Positions 56,764 to 64,000 of a stretch of 64,000 nucleotides of DNA are shown here, in pieces (the first letter of the stretch is position 1; every line of letters begins with the position of its first letter). Under the pieces are notes generated by a model. That model had not been told where the DNA came from. It ran no database searches and saw only the letters and a list, made by a program, of their open reading frames with translations. Both the position numbers and the translations under genes were made by a program. Source of the stretch: Myxococcales bacterium (GTDB taxonomy: Bacteria > Myxococcota_A > UBA9042); the NCBI GenBank assembly GCA_037441385.1, contig JBBISH010000002.1, positions 96,001 through 160,000 on the forward strand, written 5' to 3'.

Positions 56764-58188
56764 TCAATCGAGCGGCAGCAGCGACGCCGTAAAGCCGCGC
56801 AGGACGTCGCGCTGCTCGACGATGCGATAGCCCTTGAGTTGATCACGGTTGGCCCACACGGCACCCACCACTTCGATCAGGTAGTCCATGTGGCTCTGGG
56901 TATAGGTGCGGCGCGGGAAGGTCAGGCGCACCAGCTCCAAGTTGGCCGTGAAGTCGTGGTGCCCGTCCGGATCGGGCCGGCCGAACATCAGCGTGCCCAC
57001 CTCGACACCGCGCACACCGCCCTCGACATACATCGCGTTGACCAGCGAAACGCCTGGGTATTGCCAGCCCGGGATGTGCGGCGCAAAGGCCGCGGCGTCG
57101 ATGTAGACCGCGTGGCCGCCCGGTGGCCGCATCATCGGCACGCCCATCTGGTCAAGCCGATCAAAGACGTAGCGCACCGACGCGTGGCGATAGGCCAAAT
57201 AGTCTTCGTCCAGCACTTCTTGCAGACCCTGGGCCAACGCCTCTAGGTCGCGGCCCGCCAGCCCGCCGTAGGTGGGAAAGCCTTCGGTCAAGATGAGGCG
57301 GGTACGACAGCGCTCGGCCAGTTCGGGGTCGTTCAGACCGAGCAGCCCGCCGATGTTGACCAGGCCGTCCTTCTTGGCCGACATGGTGAAGCCGTCGCAC
57401 AAGCTGAAGCACTCGCGGGCGATGTCGGCGGCGCTGCGATCGCCCTGCCCTGGCTCGCGCATCTTGATCAGCCAGGCATTTTCGGCAAAGCGCGCAGCAT
57501 CCAAGAACAGCGGCACGCCGAACTCGTCGCACAACGCCCGCACCGCCCGCAGATTGCCCAGGCTGACCGGCTGGCCGCCGCCGCGGTTGTTGGTGATGGT
57601 GACGAGCACCAGCGGCACGTCCGCACCGCGATCCGCCAGCAAACGCCCCAACTTGCGTACGTCGAGATCGCCCTTGAACGGCATATCGGTGCGCGGATCG
57701 CTGGCGCCGTCGTAGAGCAGATCGACCGCCTGGGCGCCCACGAACTCCACGTTGGCGCGGGTGGTGTCAAAATGCGAGTTCGAGGGCACGACCTGGCCCT
57801 CTTTGCACAGCGTGGTGAACAGGATGTGCTCAGCTGCGCGGCCCTGGTGGGTGGGGATGACGTACTGCACGCCGGTCAAATCGCGGACCACCTTTTCGAG
57901 CTTGTAGAATGAGCGCGCACAGGCATAGGTCTCGTCGCCGATCATCATGGCCGCCCACTGCGCCGCACTCATCGCGCCGGTGCCCGAGTCGGTGAGCAGA
58001 TCGATGAGCACGCTCTCTGCATGGAGCTTGAACACGTTCCAGTTGGCGTCTTCGATGGCGGCCTGGCGCTGGCTGCGGGTGGTCATCCCCAGGGGCTCGA
58101 CCGACTTGATGCGAAAGGGTTCGATGATGGTGTTGAAACGGTGCTCCACGGCAACCTCGGCACGCTGGCGATAGGTGGCATCCTGCAC
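56764..58188 (-). CDS. tnaA: Tryptophanase (beta-eliminating lyase)
   Basis: EPFRIKSVEP, IDLLTDSGT, HQGRAAE, HFDTT (Asp as in tryptophanase), MSAKKD PLP lysine, EGFPTYGG; lacks the ERG arginine of tyrosine phenol-lyase. Confidence 0.88.
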   Translation of the reverse strand: MQDATYRQRAEVAVEHRFNTIIEPFRIKSVEPLGMTTRSQRQAAIEDANWNVFKLHAESVLIDLLTDSGTGAMSAAQWAAMMIGDETYACARSFYKLEKVVRDLTGVQYVIPTHQGRAAEHILFTTLCKEGQVVPSNSHFDTTRANVEFVGAQAVDLLYDGASDPRTDMPFKGDLDVRKLGRLLADRGADVPLVLVTITNNRGGGQPVSLGNLRAVRALCDEFGVPLFLDAARFAENAWLIKMREPGQGDRSAADIARECFSLCDGFTMSAKKDGLVNIGGLLGLNDPELAERCRTRLILTEGFPTYGGLAGRDLEALAQGLQEVLDEDYLAYRHASVRYVFDRLDQMGVPMMRPPGGHAVYIDAAAFAPHIPGWQYPGVSLVNAMYVEGGVRGVEVGTLMFGRPDPDGHHDFTANLELVRLTFPRRTYTQSHMDYLIEVVGAVWANRDQLKGYRIVEQRDVLRGFTASLLPLD

Positions 58189-58398
58189 GAGCTACGGTGT
58201 CGGTGCGGGTAGGCCGAATCATCGACCGCACTGGCCAAGGGCGGAAGGGGGCAGAACGCCCCATCGTCACCGACTTGTCGCACGATCTGCCTGGCAAATC
58301 CGTGTGACCAAGGGGGTGCCGCAGCCCATGACTGGACCCCGACACCTGCGACCCGCTACCCTGGCGGCCGGCCGCCACACCGCAGCCGCGGAAGTCCT

Positions 58399-60957
58399 GT
58401 GTCGCAGTCCCAGCCCAAGTTCCCCGAGCTGCTCGCGCCGGCGGGCGACGCTGATGCCCTGGCGGCGGCCCTGCAAGCCGGCGCCGACGCGGTCTATTTT
58501 GGCCTGGACGACGGTCTGAATGCCCGCGCCCGTGCCGCCAACTTTGCCCTGGCCGAGCTGCCCCATACCTGCGCGCGCATCCACCGCGCCGGTGCCCTGG
58601 CCTACCTGACCTTGAACACTGTGGTCTTCGAGAACGAATTGCCGTTCTTGGAGTCGGTGTTGCGGCAAGTGGCGGCGGCCGGGGTGGACGCCGTGATCGT
58701 TCAGGATCCCGCGGTCGCGCTGCTGTGCCGGGCGCTTGCGCCGACGCTGCATGTGCACGCGTCGACCCAAATGACGGTGTCCAGCCCTGAAGCGAGCCAA
58801 TTCGCTGCGCAATTGGGCGTGATGCGCGTGGTGGTGCCGCGCGAGCTGAGCCTGCCCGAGATCGCCCAGATGGCGCAGAAGACGCCGCTGGAGCTCGAAG
58901 TCTTCGTACATGGCGCACTGTGCGTGTCCTGGTCGGGGCAGTGCCTGACCAGCGAGGCGTGGGGCGGTCGCTCGGCCAATCGCGGCCAGTGCGCGCAGTC
59001 GTGCCGAATGCCTTACGAACTGCTGGTCGATGGCGAGCGGCGCGACCTGGGCGACCTGCGCTACCTGCTCTCGCCCCTAGACCTCAGCGGCCTAGCGCAT
59101 GTTCCCGAGTTGGCGCGGCTGGGTGTGGCCGGGCTCAAGATCGAAGGGCGGCAGAAAGCGGCGCACTACGTGCAGACCGCTGTGGCGGCCTACCGGCGCC
59201 AACTCGATCACCTGGCCAAGGGCCATAGCGTGCCGGCGGGCCTGGTTCACGCCGATCAGACGACCATGGCGCTGTCGTATAGCCGCGGACTTTCGCATGG
59301 CTTTCTGACAGGACCGCAACACCAGCGCACGGTCGAGGGGCGGTTCCCCAAACACCGCGGCGTGTTGTTGGGTCAGGTTGCCGAAGTGCGCGGCGCGGCG
59401 TTGAAGATCGTGCGCGCAGTTCGCGAGGGTGACCAGGCGCAAATACCGCAAGTGCGCGCGGGCATGGGCATCGGTATCGATTTGGGCCGGCCCGAAAGCG
59501 ATGAACCCGGCGGGCCGCTTTTCGGCGTGGAAGGCACCGCGGACGGCTGGTGGCTGCGGCTGGGGCAAGGCGCGCAAGCGGTGGACGTGCGGCAAGTGCA
59601 GCCGGGTCATCGGGTTTGGCTCACGCAGGATCCGACCATCGCGCGCGAAACCGACAAACTGGTGGCGGCACCGGCGCCCGAGGGCCGTATTCCACTGGCC
59701 GTGGTGGTCAGCGGCCAAGTGGGTCAGGCGCTGCAGGTGCGCTGGACGGCCAAGGGCCCAGTGGGGCGCGACGTGGCGGTGCAGGCGCAGAGCGCGATGG
59801 ACCTGCAGCCGGCCGCGGCAGCGGGCCTGGACGCGGCGATGCTGCAAGACAAATTGCTGTCCTTGGGCGGCACGCCTTTCCGTTGCCGCGACTTGCAGAT
59901 CGACGGGTTGGCGGGGGGCCTGCACCTGCCCGTATCCGAGCTCAAGCGCTTGCGCCGCGAGTTGGCGTCCGCCCTGGAGCAGAACATCCACGCGGCCCAC
60001 CGCCACGCCACCCACCCAGAACCCATCGCAGAGCAGGTCCGGCAGCAGGCCGCGGCCCTGCACGCCCGCCGACCGTGGCCCAAGCACGACCAGGCCCAAC
60101 TCCTGCCGCTTGTGCGCAGCGAGGCCCAGCTCGAGGCCGTGATCGAGGCCGGACTGCCCAAAGTCGCGCTGGATTGGATGGAGCTGGTGGGGCTGACCCG
60201 CGCCGTCGATCGCGCCCGTGCAGCGGGATTGCAGGTGGTCCTGGCCACGCCGCGGATCCAAAAGCCCGGGGAAGAGGGCTTTGACCGGCGCTTGGCGCGT
60301 CTGCAGCCCGATGGCGTGCTGGTTCGCCATTGGGGCGGATTGATGCATTTTGCCACACTGGCACAACCTCCGCAGATTCACGGCGATTTCAGCCTAAATG
60401 TTACGAATTCTGTCACCGCCCACCACTTGTGGTCCCTGGGCGCCGACACCTTGTGTGCGGCCCACGATCTGGATGTGGCGCAGTTGCACCACCTGCTCGA
60501 TCACGTGCCGGCCGAGCGGATCGAGGTGGTGATCCACCACCACATCGCCACGTTCCACACCGAGCACTGCGTCTATGCCCATGTGTTGAGCGAGGGCCAG
60601 GACTATCGCAGCTGCGGCCGGCCGTGCGAACAGCACACCCTGAGCCTGCAGGACCACCAGGGCCGCGCCCATCCGGTCATCGTCGACGTGGGTTGCCGCA
60701 ACACGGTGTTCAACGCCCAGGCGCAATCGGCCGCTGGCGCGGTCGCCGGCCTGCGCAGGCGCGGTGTGCAGCACTTCCGCGTGGAATTCGTGCGCGAAGA
60801 CCACGCCACGACCCTGGCTGTGCTGCGTGCCTACCAGGCCCTGCTCGCCGGTTCACTGTCGGCCAAGGCGCTCCTTGGCCAAATCGGCGTACACGAGCAA
60901 TTTGGCGTCACTTCGGGGACCATGCGCGCCATGGAGAGCCGCGATGGCAAGCTCTGA
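58399..60957 (+). CDS. U32 family Fe-S hydroxylase, long RlhA-like (DUF3656) form
   Basis: PELLAPAG, GADAVY, HASTQ, HGALCVSWSGQC, SANRGQCAQSCR, LKIEGR, LGGTPF and PVSELK motifs, plus a second C-terminal U32-like half. Confidence 0.9.
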   Translation: MSQSQPKFPELLAPAGDADALAAALQAGADAVYFGLDDGLNARARAANFALAELPHTCARIHRAGALAYLTLNTVVFENELPFLESVLRQVAAAGVDAVIVQDPAVALLCRALAPTLHVHASTQMTVSSPEASQFAAQLGVMRVVVPRELSLPEIAQMAQKTPLELEVFVHGALCVSWSGQCLTSEAWGGRSANRGQCAQSCRMPYELLVDGERRDLGDLRYLLSPLDLSGLAHVPELARLGVAGLKIEGRQKAAHYVQTAVAAYRRQLDHLAKGHSVPAGLVHADQTTMALSYSRGLSHGFLTGPQHQRTVEGRFPKHRGVLLGQVAEVRGAALKIVRAVREGDQAQIPQVRAGMGIGIDLGRPESDEPGGPLFGVEGTADGWWLRLGQGAQAVDVRQVQPGHRVWLTQDPTIARETDKLVAAPAPEGRIPLAVVVSGQVGQALQVRWTAKGPVGRDVAVQAQSAMDLQPAAAAGLDAAMLQDKLLSLGGTPFRCRDLQIDGLAGGLHLPVSELKRLRRELASALEQNIHAAHRHATHPEPIAEQVRQQAAALHARRPWPKHDQAQLLPLVRSEAQLEAVIEAGLPKVALDWMELVGLTRAVDRARAAGLQVVLATPRIQKPGEEGFDRRLARLQPDGVLVRHWGGLMHFATLAQPPQIHGDFSLNVTNSVTAHHLWSLGADTLCAAHDLDVAQLHHLLDHVPAERIEVVIHHHIATFHTEHCVYAHVLSEGQDYRSCGRPCEQHTLSLQDHQGRAHPVIVDVGCRNTVFNAQAQSAAGAVAGLRRRGVQHFRVEFVREDHATTLAVLRAYQALLAGSLSAKALLGQIGVHEQFGVTSGTMRAMESRDGKL

Positions 60958-61252
60958 CCCGCCACAAGCTACTGCAACTGCACGCGATTCACGGCGCCGC
61001 ATTGATGCCATCGACGCTCGGCTCGTAGCCCTTTTGGCCGAGCGGGCGGCGGTCGTGCGCGCGATTTGGGACGAGAAAGAACGCCGCGGGGCGCCTCTGC
61101 GCGATCCGCAGCGCGAAGCGGCGATCCAGGCCGACTTGGTGGAGCTGGCGCGGCAGCACGGCTTGGACCCCACGGCTGTCGCGACGATCTTTGCCCACAT
61201 TGTCGGCGTGGACCTGCACACCGGCCGGCGCGCGGATCAGCCCGCCACGTAG
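60944..61252 (+). CDS. Stand-alone chorismate mutase (AroQ/type II)
   Basis: RRRIDAIDARLVALLAER....K.....RDPQRE motif; GGAG RBS; start overlaps the U32 stop. Confidence 0.85.
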   Translation: MASSDPPQATATARDSRRRIDAIDARLVALLAERAAVVRAIWDEKERRGAPLRDPQREAAIQADLVELARQHGLDPTAVATIFAHIVGVDLHTGRRADQPAT

Positions 61253-62211
61253 CGACCAGCCAACCGCCCGACCACGTTGCGTACGTCGAGAAAGCGCCAG
61301 TTCGACGGCAGTTCCCACGCTTCGGGCGCCGCCAGGCGCAGGGTTTCGGCCACAGCAGCCGGTAGTGCGTCGCTGTCGCCGCTGTGCACCTTGACGGCCA
61401 AACCCAGGTCGCGTGCGGGCAACGCCATGCAAAATACCCCTTGGGCGCCGATTTTGGCGGCCAGCGGTTCGCGCGCGTGGCGCACCACCGAGGCGTCAAA
61501 GCGATCCGTACCCGAAGTGAGCAGCGGGTGCTCGGCCATGGCCCGACCAATTGCGCCCAGCCGCGTGGGATCGTCCTCGGCCGCCATCGCCCGCGCCACC
61601 CGCCACCAGCCGTGGGCGATCGCGGTCAGTGGAAGGCAAAATGTGGGAACGCCACAGCCGTCCAGCGCCAGCTTGGGGTTCACGGTCGTCCACTCGGCCA
61701 CGCGCTCGGCCACATACCGCTGCAGGGGATGCTCGGGGGGCCGATAGTCGCTGCTCCAGCCCTGCCGAGCCGCCGCCGCCAGCATGAATGCGTGCTTGCC
61801 CGAGCAGTTGTTGTGAATGGCCGAGAACTCTTTGTTTTGGCGCAGGATCTTCTCCGCGCTGGCCGTGTGCACGGGCGGGTGGGTGCCGCACAGCAAGCCG
61901 TGCTCGGCCACGTCGAAGCGCGCCAGTACCTCGCGAACCCAGTGCACATGCTCGGGCTCGCCCGAGTGCGACGCGGCACCGATGGCCAATTCTTCTGGCC
62001 GCACCTTGGGATAGCCCAGCAGGTCCAGCGAGCATGCCAACTGGAACGGCTTGGCCGCCGACCGCCATGTGGTCCAGACATCGTCGCCGGCCTGCCACTC
62101 GATCCGGCCCGCGCGCACGGCCACGGCCGACCACGGGTGACGGGTCTCGATGCAGGTGTCCAGATCGTCCGCTCCGGCCAAACCGCCGCGCATCTGCAGG
62201 ATTTCGGGCAT
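61237..62211 (-). CDS. L-asparaginase II (Rhizobium-type) family
   Basis: RSAAKP, SHSGE, NNCSGKH, DGCG and KIGAQG motifs. Confidence 0.9.
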   Translation of the reverse strand: MPEILQMRGGLAGADDLDTCIETRHPWSAVAVRAGRIEWQAGDDVWTTWRSAAKPFQLACSLDLLGYPKVRPEELAIGAASHSGEPEHVHWVREVLARFDVAEHGLLCGTHPPVHTASAEKILRQNKEFSAIHNNCSGKHAFMLAAAARQGWSSDYRPPEHPLQRYVAERVAEWTTVNPKLALDGCGVPTFCLPLTAIAHGWWRVARAMAAEDDPTRLGAIGRAMAEHPLLTSGTDRFDASVVRHAREPLAAKIGAQGVFCMALPARDLGLAVKVHSGDSDALPAAVAETLRLAAPEAWELPSNWRFLDVRNVVGRLAGRYVAG

Positions 62212-62401
62212 GATGGCTGTCTGCCGTGGCGTGGGTGCCAGGCCCAAGCTATGCGGCTTGCGGCGCGAGCGCAAGACCGCGACCAGGCAAGGGGCGCCCC
62301 GTCCTGGGTGCCGCGAGTGATCCTGCGGCCGTACGAAAAAGTTGACGATAGTCGGCGTTGCGCGACCCTTGCGCTGCGCCCGTTGGCGCCCGAGCAAGCT
62401 C

Positions 62402-63310
62402 ATGGCCGTCGTGCACGATTTGGGTCAACGTCTTCGCCAGGTTGTGGGGGGTATGGTGCCCAACCCGACCCAGGCTTGGAATCCGAGCCCGGCCTCCGTG
62501 CCGTTTGCCCAAACCAGCCCGATGCGGGCGCAAGTCATCGCCGTTGCTGCGCAAAAGGGCGGTGTGGGCAAGACCACCACCGCCGTGCACTTGGCGGCGG
62601 GCCTGGCCGAAATCCACGGACTCTCGGTGTTGCTGGTCGACTTGGACGCCCAGGGCCATGTCGCGTCGTCGCTGCGCGCGCATGTCCGCGCCACTTCTGA
62701 GCAAAGCCTGACCCAGACGCTCCTGAGCTTGGACCCAGACCTGTTGCCGGCCACTTTGCCGACCACCATCCCCGGCCTGCACGTTACGGGCGCCGACAAG
62801 CAATTAGCCAGCGCAGAGGCGCAGTTAGCTGCTCGAATGGGCCGCGAGATGATCTTGGCACGGGCGTTGCGCGGTGCACGCGGCGGCTACGACGTCATCG
62901 TGCTCGACTGTCCGCCGAACCTGGGCCTGTTGACCTTGAACGCGCTGTTCGCCGCCGACCACCTGCTGGTGCCGTGCGACCTGTCGGTCCTGGCGCTGGA
63001 GGGCGTCGACGACGTGATGCGCACCCTGCAGAACCTGCAGCTGATGTTCGGCCGCGCCCCGGCGCTGCTCGGCCTGCTGCACACCCGCGTCGACCGCCGC
63101 AACCCCAAGCAAAACGCCGCGATTCGCCGCGCGCTGCAGCAGTCCTACCACGGGCTGTCGCTGCAGACCGAGATTGCCACCAACACTGCGCTGCCGGGCG
63201 CCCAGCTGGCGGGCCAGACGGTGTTCGCAGCCTCGCCCGAGTCCACGGGCGCGCGCGACTACGCAGCCTTGGCCAGCGAAGTGTACGAACGCGTGATCAA
63301 GGGCCGCTGA
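62402..63310 (+). CDS. ParA/Soj family ATPase (start uncertain)
   Basis: QKGGVGKTT, DLDAQG and DCPPNLG motifs. Confidence 0.92.
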   Translation: MAVVHDLGQRLRQVVGGMVPNPTQAWNPSPASVPFAQTSPMRAQVIAVAAQKGGVGKTTTAVHLAAGLAEIHGLSVLLVDLDAQGHVASSLRAHVRATSEQSLTQTLLSLDPDLLPATLPTTIPGLHVTGADKQLASAEAQLAARMGREMILARALRGARGGYDVIVLDCPPNLGLLTLNALFAADHLLVPCDLSVLALEGVDDVMRTLQNLQLMFGRAPALLGLLHTRVDRRNPKQNAAIRRALQQSYHGLSLQTEIATNTALPGAQLAGQTVFAASPESTGARDYAALASEVYERVIKGR

Positions 63311-63327
63311 GCCGCTTGGACAGTAAG

Positions 63328-63351
63328 AGATCGGAAGAGCGCCGATTTTTT
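63328..63351 (+). terminator. Possible intrinsic terminator between parA and carD
   Basis: ATCGG-N7-CCGAT followed by a T run. Confidence 0.45.
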
Positions 63352-63359
63352 GGGGGAAC

Positions 63360-63866
63360 CTACGCCGCCGCGCCGGGCTTGGTCTCAGCAAAGATCGCGT
63401 CGAGCTCCACAGCCACGTCGTCCTCTTCCTGCGCGCGCGCCACGCTCAACTCTTTGATCAGCAAAGTCCGCGCCTGGTCAAGCATCTTGCGCTCGCCGAA
63501 CGACAGGGCCTTGGTGTACTTCAGCACCGAAAGGTCGCGCATGACCTCGGCCACGTCGAAGATCGAACCCGTATTGATTTTCTCGACATAGCCGCGGTAG
63601 CGCCGGTTCCAGGTCACGTTGCCGCCGCCCGCGGTGCGCTCTTTCAGCACGCGGTAGATGCGCTCGACCTCGGCATTGCCGATCACCTTGCGCAGGCCGA
63701 CCGAGCCGACCTTGCTGACGGGGATCATGATTTTGCGGTTGGTGTTCACCACGCGCAGCATGTACAGGATCTCAGTATTTCCAGCGATTTCCTTGGATTC
63801 GATGGCGGTGATTTCGGCGACCCCTTGGCCCGGGTAGACAGCTCGATCTCCGATCTTGAACAGCAT
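63360..63866 (-). CDS. carD: CarD/CdnL family RNA polymerase-binding regulator
   Basis: FKIGDRAVYPGQGV, IMIP, WNRRYR and LSFGERKMLDQA motifs; AGGAG RBS; no AT-hook tail, so CdnL-like. Confidence 0.93.
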   Translation of the reverse strand: MLFKIGDRAVYPGQGVAEITAIESKEIAGNTEILYMLRVVNTNRKIMIPVSKVGSVGLRKVIGNAEVERIYRVLKERTAGGGNVTWNRRYRGYVEKINTGSIFDVAEVMRDLSVLKYTKALSFGERKMLDQARTLLIKELSVARAQEEDDVAVELDAIFAETKPGAAA

Positions 63867-64000
63867 GGTGATCTCCTGACTGGCCTGAACTCTGCGAAAC
63901 CCTATCTCTATGCTCAACTTCCTGCCTGGGCGGCTCAAGGCTTTGTGCGGTGACTCGACCACCGAACTGCTGGCGCGAAGGGCCGCAGGGGCGGAACGTC

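Noticed and set aside
56764..58188. Tyrosine phenol-lyase assignment
   Set aside because: It has FDTT rather than FTTT and lacks the ERG arginine typical of that enzyme.
1..64000. Prophage, transposon, integron or defence island
   Set aside because: No integrase, transposase, phage structural or recognisable defence genes were seen, and there is no obvious compositional shift.

Overview
High-GC (roughly two-thirds G+C by eye) chromosomal segment whose gene content resembles Myxococcota/Deltaproteobacteria (inference from Tgl-like, CdnL-like, DUF4159, zinc-ribbon/GYF proteins and an OPX + beta-barrel export locus). It holds about 49 real CDSs. I saw no rRNA, tRNA, CRISPR array or mobile element. 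The core is an atypical dcw cluster: mraZ-rsmH-ftsL-[Tgl/PilF-like TPR lipoprotein]-ftsI-[murE-murF fusion]-mraY-ftsW-murG-ftsQ-ftsA-ftsZ, lacking murD, murC, murB and ddl, with a FtsZ that carries two C-terminal-peptide-like motifs. Other blocks are a DUF4159/vWA-GATase/M1 peptidase/serine hydrolase operon; hemW, maf, yggS and a NUDIX hydrolase; a polysaccharide export module (Cys-rich secreted protein, beta-barrel, short OPX, Wzc); a very large monofunctional transglycosylase; plsB; a DAG kinase-family gene; tryptophanase; an RlhA-like U32 hydroxylase overlapping a stand-alone chorismate mutase; asparaginase II; an orphan ParA; and CarD/CdnL. Three ORFs look like catalytically dead hydrolase homologues. 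All calls come from motif recognition by eye and no database searches were run. Many start codons were adjusted from the ORF track and are best estimates.
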